Shown here piece after piece: positions 1-12,965 of a DNA stretch of 50,810 nucleotides. The notes below the pieces were generated by a model, which was not told the DNA's origin, did no database searches, and saw only the letters and a list, made by a program, of their open reading frames with translations. A program made the translations under genes and the position numbers. Within the stretch, counting starts at the first letter, position 1. Each line of letters opens with the position of its first letter. The stretch is from Asterionella formosa. Its lineage: Eukaryota. The stretch covers positions 1 through 50,810 of the forward strand of contig NKIB01013818.1 in assembly GCA_002256025.1 (NCBI GenBank), given 5' to 3'.

Positions 1-273
1 TAAATCATCATATTTTTAGGATTGTATGATCATAAAATTGAAAAAGAATAGTCGGAGTAGTAAGCGAGCAATAGAACACCATATGTTCATGACTGTTGCT
101 ACTGCAGCGGGACAGTAAATCATCATAGTTTTAGGATTGTACGATGGTAAAATTGAAAGAGAGAAGTTGGAGTAGTAAGCAAGCAACAAAACAACATATG
201 TTCATGACTGCTGTTACTGCAGCGGGACAGTAAATCATCATGTTTTTAGGATTGTATAATCGTATAATTGAAA
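1..273. repeat. 115-bp diverged tandem repeat, about 2.4 copies, possibly continuing left of the window
   Basis: Units begin TAAATCATCAT at 1, 116 and 231. All share TTTTAGGATTGTA; the two full units also share CATATGTTCATGACTG and TACTGCAGCGGGACAG. Confidence 0.9.
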
Positions 274-533
274 ACAAGATATGCTATTACTCAAACTCGG
301 TTCTGATTTTGTAGATGCTAATGTAAATAGCACTGTTGGTCTTATGGTATAATATCTAGACAGCGTAAAATATTATATGTAATGACTGATGATTCATTTC
401 ATTGTAGCTTGCAACACCTGATTTTAAGATCATTGAACTTTAAGGAAGAGAACAACAACAGTTTTCTAGTTGTACAAGCAATGTCATCATAAAACCATAA
501 AGAGGTTCATGGAAACAAGCGACATGTGGCAAA

Positions 534-610
534 TACTGCCGGTATGGAACAAAGAAGCAAGTACCTAAATTTTTTAGCTACTGCCGGTATGGAACAAAGA
601 AGCAAGTACC
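534..610. repeat. 32-bp exact direct repeat, 45-bp period
   Basis: TACTGCCGGTATGGAACAAAGAAGCAAGTACC at 534-565 and 579-610. Confidence 0.9.
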
Positions 611-2299
611 AAAATGAGTTAACAAAGAAAAAGCGAATAGGCGATTATCCAAAGGAACCCAATTGGCGACAGGGAGTTAGTGGGGGTACTACCCCATTGT
701 CGATGGGGACACCATCAGCTACTAGTACAAAAACTCCTGTAATTGATACTGAAAGCAATGATGACTTTTCTTTTTCAGTTGTTGATACAAGAAAAATGGC
801 CCATTTTTAACAGGAGACAAATCTGGTGTGACAAAATTTCAACTAAGTCTTCGGGCACAGTGTGGATTGCAATCACGTTTTGTTGGTTTGCTGATCAATG
901 CCAGTACAGAAGCCTTTTGCTTCTTGGCGCTGAAAGGAAAATTCCGATTGCAACAAAAATATTTGGGTTTCAATCCAGATATGCAGGAAATTTCAGAGAA
1001 CGATATTCGTCATTCTACTGATTTTGTCGACATTGGTGGGAAACCACTTATCAAAAAAGTGTGAGGGAAGAAAGTTCAGTTTCAAATGGTCTCACTGATC
1101 AATGGACTGATGATGTTGATTTACTCGGTTATTATAAGGAAATCTACACTGGACTTTCACAAAAGAATCGATCTGAATATGGAAGGAATCCTAGTGGAAT
1201 GGCTACTTCCACAACAAATATCATCTACCCACACTCATACTTCTCATTTCCCAATGTAAGTGAAGAGGATATGCATCAATATGTTGAACCACTTCAACCA
1301 AATGTTCCTGAGAAGAATATTGATTACAATGAACGCATTAATCAATAGGACATTGATGACGACGTCGATTTTGAATGGATCTAAGAGAATCCAATGCATG
1401 CTTAATAGTTACATAATAAATATAGTTAGTGTGAGACTTTTACAATGCACAAACCATATCATAGATGTTAGGAAAACATTGATGTTGCTCTATACTACTA
1501 TTAGTGGCGCCTGTACTGTATGTAGCGGTATACCTCCATGTTTGCTACTATGGTGGAGCGATAATTTCACGACTCTGTATTGTCCAGCACAGCATGATCG
1601 GAGTGATGCTAAATTTATTATTAATAATTCATTTTCATTCTATCCTGTTCATATCCTGACTTTGTCATCATTTGAAATTTGCAAATGTCTTTGCGGACAT
1701 TGCAATGGTGTTATCTGTGTAACTAGGAATTTCGGAAGAACAAATCCCCATCTGAGCTTCACAATCGAAATTGTAGCAACCGTGTATTCTATGCATATGG
1801 TCACTGTCAACATTGCATGCAAGAACATCGAGTTCCTGGAATAAATAATGAAACTATGTATTGCGGTAGTGTATCGAATCATTCAAGGAAAGAAGTTAAT
1901 GGCAGTGTGACTGCTGCTGCATTTAGGGAGAGTAGACGACAAGAAGAGATTATGTGTTCTTTCCTTGAATCAAGTGGCCACAATCATTCATTTAATGACG
2001 ACAGAGACGATTCAGTTTATAACGCACAATATTCAGTCACAACAAGACGAACTATTGAGACTAAAAACTCTCCAAGGATTGAATTCAGAGACCATGCAAT
2101 ATTCAGATTTCCAAGATCACACCGGCTTTTTCCCTGAAAATGCAATGAAAATGCCCCTTCCTCCTCAATTTCAACTTCCAAGTAAACATTCCCTAAACAT
2201 GCGCGCATCCAATCGAATTAGAACTCATGTTATTCCTTAACAAGAATTACCAACCTTCCACCAGTTTACTTTGATCATCTAATGAAATTGCTGTTCAAG

Positions 2300-5250
2300 G
2301 CCAAAGCAATGAAATTTTTTGATGGAAGCAAGGTATCAAGCTCCAGCCATCCTACCAGACCTTGAAAAAAGCATGGATATTTCATTTCCACCAACATTAG
2401 CTGGTGTTCAACTGTTGACCAAAAAAATTCAGATTGATAACAATTCAAACATGATCATCCCACGCACACTCCATTATTTCGAACCAGTTCAGCTCATGGC
2501 AGGATTGTTATGTGATTCCGATATCATGCAACATTTTGTATGTCACCCACAAGTGAAGCTTACAACTTGTGGAGAACGCATATATGACGAAGTAACTTCC
2601 GCGACTTGGTTTGAAAATGCATTCAAAAATTCTCCTGCATCAGAAAATGGAGTGTTGAAGACAGGGTGTTTATTTGTTGCCCTTGCAGTTTTCAGTGATG
2701 GTTCACCTATTGATAAACTAATGAAACGCACATTCTGAGCATCCGTTTTTGTTGACAATGTTAAACTTAACGTTAGAAGGAAGAAAAAAGTTGATGGATG
2801 GCAATTGGTATCTTTTTGCCAGACATTGAAGTCAGTGATCTGGAGAAACAAATGAATAATAAGTTATCTGGTGACAACTTGTCCTTATGTCGACTCAAAT
2901 TATACCATTCTGTTACAGGATTTCTATTGTCGCCTTTCGAAGAGCAATCCAAACAATTCATACGATATTTGAGTTCATGGTCTTGGAATGACAAAAGTTT
3001 ATTTCCAGATTGGAATGAGCATTGGTGATACAGAAGAGCACAACAAAATTTGTGGTTTCAGGGGTGGTAATGGATTATATCGACGATATGTTTGTCGTGA
3101 TTGCCTGGTTCAACTGAGGATGCTGATAATCCCAATATTGGATGTGATCGTCGTAAAGTGTCAGATGTTAAAAAGTTTTAAAACAAATTTCTTGACAAAA
3201 ATGCATATCCGATTGAAAATTAATATATATCCCACCTGATCCGATTATTGTGTCTCCCAATATAATGGCGAATACGCAACAGCAAACGAGTGGTGCCATG
3301 TGTGTTATATCACATAATCCTATTATGCCTGCACTAATAAATCATTTTTTCGGTGGTGACTCAGAAAGATTATTTGGTGCAACTTCATTTGAGGTTCTTC
3401 ATCAATTACTACTTGGATTATTTGAGTAGCTACATTTTGGAATCATTGTACAATTATCGGACTATCCCTGAAGAATGGACATTTTTTTTAAGAGAGAAAA
3501 TCACCAGATATTCCAGAGGACATCTCTGATCAGAAACGTATCACTGAAACAACAGACAATGCTTTTCTTGATCAAGAGCAACCGAAGAAACGGGCAAAGG
3601 CCAAAAAGGACACACGCACCAGTTACCAAAAATATCTACACCGGCAAAAATCAAGACCCAACACTTGTACCAGCACCAGAAATGTCTTTTCGAAACTATA
3701 CCATCCTTCGAACAAAGTGCTAGATATATCAATAGTCATTTGGAAAGGCAAAGCGATCGTGATATTCCAATATTGTCATACAGATCTGGGATGATTGCTT
3801 TGTCAAAAATGTCAGGGCAAGAAATTCCCATATTATGTCTGTTAACTATTTTTTCAATGGGTGGAATGATGGGTTCAGAGAACATGCACCTAGAAAAGGA
3901 TTTCACATTGCTGTTATGGTTATTTATATACATCAATGACACTTTATTAATACCACAGTATACATCAACATGTATTGATATTTTAGAGGAAAGGGTGAAG
4001 AGATTTATGTCAGTTACTAAGATTATGATTGGTCCCCAACGGGAAATGATATCTCAAATTGGCTTGTTACGAAGGGCAAAATTTCATGGAATGAAACATT
4101 ACCCTCATCTGATTAGGAAGTTCGGATCTCCTCTTAATTTCTTTGGTGGATATTTGCAGTCTTTTTTGAAAGACAGATTGAAAAGGCCCAGTAAGCGTGT
4201 CAATGGACAATTGCATCGATTAAAGCATGACATTTTAACAAGGTCATACGAAGCAAGGCAGTTTTCCTTGACAAGAAATTTTTTTTGCAAGTGGTACATA
4301 ACATACAGAAAACAAACAAAAGAAGATGAGTAAATTAGAACATATGAATGTAACTGAGGGTATTTCAACAGAAATTGATTTCGAAGGAATGATTCCGGAT
4401 ACAAGGATGTTGCCTAGTATGTCGCCTGATAATTTGGGAATATCGCCTACCATGATCCATTCACCATCCCTTCCTGTTAAAGTTCAATTCTCTGCCTGCT
4501 TCATCATCAAATGGTCTATGGGCTATAGCAGGTGTCCCTAATAAGATTGGGCATGTATCACGGAGTAAGGATGCACCCTTGTCTCAATTGGTTCATCCTG
4601 ATTTACCAAAGGGGGCCAACTTTGTAAAGAGCATTGCGAATTCAGCAGCAATAGAAATAGCAAGAATAAAAAGTCTTGAAGATAGGGTTGGGCCTGTTTC
4701 CATTGTAAGGATTGAATTCTATTATCATGTTAAAATTAAAATTAAAATTCCCGGCCAAACTACTATTTTCAAATGCCATCCGAAATGGAATAATGATTCA
4801 AATGCAGGAATGCATCTCTGGTCGTGAATGGTTTGACTGGGTTGAAGTGAACTGGGAGAAAGGAGATGGATCAAGTTCTTACACAGTTCAGCTCTGGCAA
4901 AACTACTTCTTTTGGGAAATATTATTTTCTCCAACACAACAACCATTCTCTTAGCGTGTATTCGTTCCTTGAAAAGTTAATCTGAAATGAAAATTCATAA
5001 ACGTATGTTGTTTGCAAGAGGAGAAACCTTATGCAATGATACAACTGAATTGAGCGTTGTTGAATTTCATAACATACTTTCGGCAGCATTTGTTGTTCCT
5101 GCTTTGAAACCACAGGAATAAAGCCAAGGAAATCTCTGAAACCGCAAGAAGTTTTTTTAACAGATACGGAAAGATAATTTTTATGTTGCCATGCCTCCAC
5201 GTCATTTATGGAAATCAATCGGGTGGGACCAAAAAGTAACAAGCGAACGT
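2300..5250 (+). pseudogene. Degenerate Plavaka-like (CACTA/EnSpm-related) DDE transposase
   Basis: Motifs occur in the expected order across frameshifts and stops: IYDEVTSATWF (~2580), ALAVFSDG (~2680), SEHPFLLTMLN (~2735, shifted frame), IGDTEEHNKICG (~3020), CRDC, FGATSFEVLHQLLLGLF (~3375), KFHGMKHYPHLIRKFGSPLNF..GY.QSFLK (~4080), WFDWVEVNW (~4830). Boundaries approximate. Confidence 0.7.
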
Positions 5251-5359
5251 TGATAAATATACAAGAATAATATAAATAATAGTGATAATATAGTTTCACA
5301 TACTAGTTAAATTATTAGAAGGTTTTCATAAACTAAAACATGTCCTAAGGAATGATGAG

Positions 5360-5552
5360 ATTGGATGATCCCAATGGTCCGCCCATTATTTGTTCTTTTT
5401 CACTCCCAAAGAACCTTAGATGGTCCTTCTTGTTTCGTCCGAAATTTTTCTTCTCCACTTTTCAACTGCAGTTCGATATGAGCGAGTATGTACTAACAAA
5501 TGTTGACATTGGATGATCCCAATAGTCCATTATTTGTCCTTTTTTACTCCCA
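5360..5552. repeat. Imperfect ~45-bp direct repeat
   Basis: ATTGGATGATCCCAAT-GTCC...ATTATTTGT-CTTTTT-ACTCCCA at ~5360-5408 and ~5508-5552. Confidence 0.75.
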
Positions 5553-6313
5553 CAGCAGAGTTTCCAATAACTTTTACAATTGTAAATGGTCCACATGATC
5601 ATCCACTATCATCTGCTGGTTGAAATAACATGGAATCATGTGCATTTGCCATAATGATCGTCTTCAATGATGCTTTGGTGCCAGTATAGAAAGATTCCGA
5701 TAAACCAATTTCTTCAGGTGTATGGAATTCTTGTGGAAGATATCCTGTATCGGTGCATAACAATTCCAATTGTTTCGTGCATCCAGGGATGATTCAGTAC
5801 TTACGGGCAAGGTGAAATACTTGATCATAATGGTCATCCAAACTTGCATCTTTTCCTGGATAATAGACTTGACACAATCCATCATTTATAGCAAAAAGAT
5901 AATGCACAAAATGGTTGTTTTCCTCCTCATCTGATCAAAAAAAGTGGATGACAATCGCCTTGGTATATGTACGGTTTGTTATTACCCTTTTCTGGGTTCT
6001 CATCCAGATCAATTATAACCTTTACATCAGCTGGATGAAGTTCATGAATTATATAATGGATGATAGAGCAAGGTAATTGTTTCAAGGTCCCAATATGCCA
6101 GATCTTTAAAATCTGAAGATGATTTTTTGATAATACTACCTTTGACTCCATAAAATTCAGAGGCGTAATTGCATATTTGTTGTGGGATACGTGTGTACAA
6201 ATCTTTTCACAAATTTAGTTGTCCATGCATTTTTGGCAGACTCAAGGAAAATGCAGTTTGCTTTGGCATAATAACTCTACACATTTCACATGCTGACTCT
6301 TCACAAAAGTAGT

Positions 6314-6874
6314 CTAGCTGCCTTCGGGATTGTTCTCGATGATTTTACAGAGAAATTCTTTTTCTTCCATGTATGATTTGGAAAAAGATTCAATTTTGTG
6401 CTTCAAAATTTGTTCCCGACTCAGTGCATCAACTGCCTTAGCCAGCATCACATCTCTGTCTGCATTGATCTTCTTGAATTCGAGGTCTTGATCTAGCTCT
6501 GACTTTTCTTGAATATATTGCTTTTCTTTTAGAAATGCAATAGTTTCTCCGCTTTCATGATGTTCATCTTGATGTTCTGGACGAATAGTGAGACATATTT
6601 CAAGGTTTTGCAACTTTTCAACCATTTCTACTTCAGAAGTGATATCTCCCACATTTCCGCCGGTATTTTGATTCATCGCATGAATTTGTTCATCAAATAA
6701 ATGAGAATCACTGAGTTCCTCTTCATTATCAGTGATTTCAGGAGAATGAGGAGCAAAATACGACACTGGATGGAACTGTCGTGACTCTGTAGGAGTAGAT
6801 TCTTCATCCGCAAAGTACAGCTGTTTGGGTTTCCTCTTCGAAAGCAATCTTTCCTTCTTTTCAATATCAGCCAC
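6314..6874 (-). pseudogene. Acidic/coiled-coil ORF fragment, probably a degenerate transposon accessory gene continuing through the broken ORFs at 5664-6151
   Basis: 186-codon open frame with protein-like E/K-rich composition and no ATG start, convergent on the transposase remnant. No family recognised. Confidence 0.3.
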
Positions 6875-7732
6875 TATTGTATCGGCATACTTGCTTCATT
6901 ATTTTTTCTGGATTATTATGAATCTGTTGAAATTCATCTGTTATTTGAGTGTATTCAAAGGAGCAAATCTTCGATTGATTTCATAAGTTTCTTCATCTTC
7001 CTTTCCGAAAACATAAAGTTGTGTAGCGTAAACAATGAAAGTAAGTCACGTTTCTTGTTTGACTGATCCTTTGCATGAAATCCATGAAATGCCATTTGGA
7101 AAGCAAGTTGTTAAAGAGCCAGAAGACTATGATGTAAAACAGTGGAAGGGAAACACAGAGCTCTTTGTGGCGCTTGTGGAGGTGCAGCTGGTGTGATGGT
7201 AACTGAGTGTAGTAATTGTTGAACAGAGCACAGCAGTGTAGTATGTATGTTCCGCCAGCGTAGTATTTACACAATACACATGCTGGCATAAATACAGCTA
7301 TAACAAGGAAAAACGACACAACAATGAACGTGATGGCTGGTTGTTGAGGATACCGGTATGTGATATGCATCAATCCATATCACAAATCATATTAAAGTGA
7401 CGTACATATCAACGCATCCGTATACTTAGATCCTATCTTACATATTTTATCGTATTTTATTATCATTGTATTATTTTAACATGATCATATTTTAAATATT
7501 TTAAGAAATAATCACAGTTCTATGATCAATGCATCATGGCTATGTGATATACCTTATTCAATATTACATATCATACTTTGGTGATGTATGCATCGATGTA
7601 ACACTATCGTGATATCACATTATCATCTTATCAATCATGATGAGATGATTGGGAACTGTAGTATTCTGCATTGTACTACAGAGTATGATATTATAGCGCG
7701 CACTTTAGTAGCTAAGTCACTCCTGTAATGTA

Positions 7733-8200
7733 AACAAGTCGACAGTGCACATACACACACGCTAATCAGATTTGAGGCAACGGACAGTGGTTCCAACTAG
7801 CGAATGACAATACCACGGGTACCAATTTTTCCAGCGGCAAACCGCAATGATGAAGGACACTTGTCCCTCTATTGATGAGGATGACACAGACACCGACTTT
7901 TCCAGGAGCAAACAACAACGAAGAGACCCACTTGTCGCTCCTATTGATGGTAACAAAGATGCGGACAAGTTCAACAGCGAATACAAGAGAAACATACCAA
8001 TGAAAACAAGTCGACAGTGTGTGTACGCACACGCCAAGCAGGTTTGAGGAAACGGACAGTTCCAACAAAGCAAATGACGATATGGATATCAAATTTTTCC
8101 TACGAACCTCCTACGAGCAAACAATAATGAAGAGAGCCACTTGCTTTCGCTCTTTTGATGGTATCAAAGATGCGGACAAGTTCTATAGTAAATACAAGTA
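7733..8200. repeat. Diverged tandem duplication (units of roughly 210-270 bp)
   Basis: AAACAAGTCGACAGTG...TTTGAGG-AACGGACAGT at ~7733 and ~8004; TTGATGGTA-CAAAGATGCGGACAAGTTC at ~7944 and ~8155. Confidence 0.75.
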
Positions 8201-8882
8201 CAGCATGCCAAATGCAGAAACGAGCGACATGAAAGAGAAATTGTAATCAGAAGCAATCATTCTATTGCTATCTATAGCTATGTTGACAGTAGCTAGTCTG
8301 TTACATTTTCGTATCTCCTTCTATGCTGAATCTCAATAGTAGATGTAGTATCATGTGAGAATTGAAAATTTCAACGAGAACAAGTAGAATGTGTTTGTTT
8401 ACGGGTTGATTGGCGAGATTTTAATGCTGGTGGTCGACGAAACGGATTTACAATGTGCGTTGTGTGCAGAACCATTACAAGCTCGAATGATTTCTTCTCT
8501 CCTGTAAACTCTTAATTGAATGATTATGAACAAAGGTTCACTGCATATGACGATTACTCAAAGATATAATGATCACTTGACCAACAATTGAAGATGTTAT
8601 CGCAAACAATCATTCCACTTGTCATCACAAGTATTTCGTTGTTTATGCAAAAATCGGAGTGATGACGGATGGAAATGACGAGCCAAATTACATTACTTCA
8701 GCTGGTACATTATCCTACCAAGAAATTCGAATACAGGATTCTGATAGAAACAATACATATAATAATGAAGACAAAATTTAAATTTCAAGGGCATTTATCA
8801 AAATTATCAGATAATCTAACGAAATTTTATGATCAGATGATCACATTCCTATGATGTATCATGGAAATATGATACTTTTTAT

Positions 8883-9261
8883 TTGCAGACGAAGCACAGA
8901 AAAGCGGAGTATATCAGTTTGGCAAAAGGAGCATTTGAGAACAAGTTCATATCCATGCTACTTGAAGAAGTGATGCAATATCCAAAAGAGGAGAAATTGG
9001 TTGGACGTGTATATGAAGACAATTTAGGAGCTATCTATTTGGTAATGTACCAACATGTGGGTGAACGGACAAAGCAAATTGATGTCACTGCAAATTTCAT
9101 CCAAGAACACTTGTTGAAGATCAAGGACATTCGATGGTACAGTCTGTACAATCAGAAGAGAACTACTCAGCTGACATACTAAGCAAGAAATATCCAGAGA
9201 AGTTGCACATAAAGCATGCAGCAAGGATATGAAATGGGAATCTTGAATGTTGGAGGGAGGA
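8883..9261 (+). mobile_element. Ty1/copia retrotransposon remnant: RNase H C-terminal part and polypurine tract
   Basis: AEYISLAKG, YEDNLGAIYLV, ERTKQIDV, then in a shifted frame VQSEENYSADILSK, matching copia RNase H motifs (EAEY, DNxxA, RTKHIDV, ADxLTK). PPT GGAGGGAGGA at 9252-9261. Confidence 0.85.
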
Positions 9262-9770
9262 TGTTTAGGATAAGCGACTCCTGTTAGCGAACAGTAGTAT
9301 ATCTAGTACTGTAATGACTGCACAGTCTGCATGACCAACAGTCATGGTGAGGAGTTCCATGGAACAAGAAGGTCAGTTCAGGAAAACATAGTATGCGGGA
9401 TTCGTAAATGGAATAACAATTCCAAAAGATCAAGTCCAACATGCAAGATTAACTCATAAGACTGAGATGATTGGAATTGCAAATTGTATGAAATCGACCA
9501 ATGAGAAAGAGTGGATTGAGGTGAAGAACAAATCCAAGAAAGTAAGATTTGTGAAACAAGATCGATTTGGTAAGACCAAGTAATTTGGCAGGATTGATAG
9601 AATTTAGTAAGATTGATAGAAAAAAGTAATCTGAAGTAATCACAACATTGAAAGATGCAAATCTAAAAGTAGAGCGATTGAAGTGTTGTCGAAAACTAGC
9701 TAGTGGAGAACTGGTAGTACTGAACACTGAACGTGTAAGTACTATCAAGGAGATCTGGAACATCTCAACA
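9262..9770 (+). mobile_element. Probable 3' LTR of the copia element
   Basis: Starts TGTT immediately after the PPT. A candidate end ...CTCAACA at 9770 gives TGTT...AACA termini. The right boundary is inferred and no 5' LTR is visible. Confidence 0.5.
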
Positions 9771-9799
9771 AGTATCTCTGTTGTTAGTGATACTCTGCT

Positions 9800-11650
9800 G
9801 TTATCTTGAATTTACACTTCTGACCTTTTTTTTGCACTTTTTCTTGAAATGTCGTTAATGTCTTCTCTAGTTATATTACCGTGAGCACCAAAAATTCCTT
9901 CTGGTTAATTTGGAAAATCTCTTAGACCAGCCACTCATATTTCCTTGAGCACCTGACTTGCTTCATCAGTGGGGTCCATAGTGTAGATGTATAAATAACG
10001 TCATGTTGGTCACTGTCTTGGATCAGTCTATCTTGATGACTAGGTAGTAGTATGGCTGTCAAATGCAATTGATGGAGTTGTTTCATAATCGTGAACATTC
10101 AAACAAGAAGTGTCTCATGAATCTCTTGAGTTTCCGACTACAAGTTCTGAACTTGATGAGATAATTCATTCTGCACGTTTTTATATTCCTGAATAGATTC
10201 TTGCATTTTATATAATTCGAGTTGCATTGTGTTGTAACTGTTGGCATTTTTTGTTCTTAACACATCCTGAAGAAGTTTCCTCTCTCTGTAGCCATTTGTT
10301 TTTAATTGCGATCTTTGCTCTAGCCTTGTGGTTTTGTCATCGATATTAACTGAATTTACCTCCAAGACATTTGGAGCCTTTAACACCGATATTTGTCACA
10401 GCTGATTCATTTTAATCATTCCTCGCCTGCGGCTCCGACAAGTCCCCACCCTTTCGTTGCTGCTGCCACTGAAGTTAATTTCGTGTTAGTATTCTTGGTA
10501 GGATAGCTACCCATTGTATGCGTGCTTTTCCATTGGCTTCTTCAAATTTCGTTGATACCAATGATAGGATGACACCTGTTCAGCACTTGTCTCAATTGTA
10601 TCACTATCATGCTCTTCAATTCTAGCTCTCTTGGGTAACATTGGGTATGATGCCTCATCAGCAAAAATACTGTCAAGAATAGTAATACCACTGCGTTCCA
10701 TCTCCTCTCAAGTTTCCTCAAATTTCCTGTCGCTATCACTAGTATCTTGTGTCATTGTTGTGAAATTTCTCTGTCAAGAAATACTGTGCATAGTTTGCTT
10801 AATTATACTTTCTCAAGGAATTGTTGAGTTTCGCGTGTTTGCTTGGGCCTCAAAAAAGAATATTTCTGTCTTCTTTCTTCCTCCTTCCATGTAAAACCAC
10901 AGCGGAGAAAATCGGGCAGTTGTCTGTCTTCATTGGTGAAGTTCTTTAGTATTTCGATCATTGCAATATCGTATGTTTTAGAGTCATCAATGTTCTTGTA
11001 ATGTATGATGGCTGATGGAGAGCGAAGATTGCGTAAACTGAAATAAATAAATGTTCTGTTACAAGTGTTGTTGACGCTTGATGAAGAAGGAAGTAGCCTT
11101 GTTGTGAGAACTTTAAAGCCTGGCATTGGTATATATTTCATTTGAGATCTTGTGCCATCAGGATTGATTTTATCATTTCCATGTAAAATTATCATTGTAT
11201 TCCAAATCTCGTTGTAGTCCTCCTTGGGTCAGCGTAGTAGGCAATCATGAACTGACTCTTTCTCATTGGAACCATGAATCATTGCCCAACTGAGTTTTAT
11301 CTTTATGCTCTTGTCCGTGATGCATCTTGTAAGCTTTGCTTCAATGTGAAGTGCCAGGCTTTTTCTATCTTTGTGTGGCAGCAACCTATACAATGCTATA
11401 GCAATAACGTTTTGAGCGAAGCCAAATTTAGATTCTTGCTACTGTACTTCTTGTAGATTCTTTGTGAAAGAACTTTACCATGCTGGATGATGCAACAATA
11501 TCATCACCGCTTTGACTTAAAACCTTGAGTACCGCGAAAAAATCGCTATGGGTTACATTCCCTCCTTAATGAATGTATTTGCTTATCACCCCAGCACACC
11601 ATAGTAATTTCTTTAGGTCCATTTTGAGATTTAGTACGATTTTCTCTGGT
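9800..11650 (-). pseudogene. Series of broken minus-strand ORFs, probably a decayed repeat-derived gene
   Basis: ORFs 10138-10386, 10507-10701 and 10803-11195 lie on one strand with protein-like composition inside the TE-rich zone. No family recognised. Confidence 0.25.
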
Positions 11651-11747
11651 TCAATTGCCCCAACATGCGGAATCACATACTACTAGTACTAAGCTACAGA
11701 TCTACGTACTACTTAGTTTTGTACAAACTAATTTATATATTTTTATG

Positions 11748-12525
11748 TATTTCTCTGTCCTCTGCTCATAGTTGCTAAAAATCGTTTACTATTAGCCTGA
11801 TTCCATCCACGTACATTTTAGAAACCTTCTTCTGTGGAACCAATATGCATAGTTGTCTATGCAAGAAGATGCAGCCAGGTGATGGGTGCATCGGTAAAAT
11901 TAGTATATTTAGGTGAATATGGCGCTGCATAGCAATACATGTAAGTCATTTAGGGCGATTGTTTTTCTTTGGACAACTCACTGACCTGCATCAGCATATA
12001 TCATATCATAGGCTACTAGTCACAAGAAGAAATAGCTGAACAAATTGACGAGCATGCGTTTCTGGACACAAAATAGTTCGTTCTACAGATATCGAATAAT
12101 TGAGCTAAAGTTTTGCGTATGCCCAGTTTTATGGTGATGAGCTGGCCACCATCCATGTCAACAGTCTCATCAGTCTCCCTTTTGAGGTTGGCTGCAAAGC
12201 AAGCAATAGATGATGTACTGCTGTTGTTCTGGAGTCTAATTCTTCGTGTTCTGTTTATTGACTTACAAAGAAGGGTCTACAAAAACGGGGTTCAGAGAAA
12301 ACATTCTAATTGGGGTGCAATTCTACGAAAAATGGCGCCAAAAAATCGAGGTCAGGTTCACCTAATTCTAGACTACTCAGAACATATATTATTTGCACCA
12401 TTTGGTTCGAAATAATTTATGAATAGGAATAAGGAGGGAAGTTAGCCAAAAAGCAATCAGAGCTTGCGCTTCATGAGAGGCAGTGACCTAAGTCTGGTTG
12501 CAATTATAGTTGAACAGAGGGAGTA
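11748..12525. mobile_element. Non-autonomous Tc1/mariner (Stowaway-like) element, copy 1
   Basis: Right end ...TATAGTTGAACAGAGGGAG|TA (reverse complement TA|CTCCCTCTGTTCAAC). Both subterminal regions (~11830-11960 and ~12312-12525) align in reverse orientation with 26221-27245. Left TIR is degraded. Confidence 0.7.
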
Positions 12526-12645
12526 CATTTTTAGTTGTTGCATAACAATACATATGCAAATCTAAACTCATTGGCAGTTGGTAACATATTCTATGATTGC
12601 TCTGTGCCTCTGACCCTGCAGAATCTAGCTCTCCTGTTACCCGAA

Positions 12646-12729
12646 CGGGGGGGGGGGGGGGGGTGGGGGCGGGGGGGGGGGGGGGGGGGCGGGGGGGGGG
12701 GCGGGGGNNNNNNNNNNCCCCCCCCCCCC
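12646..12729. other. Poly-G / 10-N gap / poly-C junction (assembly join)
   Basis: G-run, 10 Ns, then C-run. Confidence 0.8.
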
Positions 12730-12965
12730 AATTTTTTGATTGTGTTTTGGGGATTGGGAGAATGAGTTTCAGCCTAAAATACTGCCAGTCAGCATGCCAC
12801 AAATGAATGATATCATTGTCCGAACTATTCAGCATATTTCTTTAAGTACTGGACCAGCAGGCATGAACATCCGCTATGTCCACATCGTCATTTCGGCAAA
12901 TTTACCACAACGTGCAGGTTGACGTTATAATGGCTAACATGTTGATGCATTGTACTAGACTTCCC

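Noticed and set aside
1..273. CRISPR-like array
   Set aside because: Whole 115-bp units are homologous with no unique spacers, no cas genes are present, and the context is eukaryotic.
12488..12835. Pro/Gly-rich ORFs and a G-quadruplex candidate
   Set aside because: They are translations of homopolymer runs around an N gap, where the sequence is unreliable.
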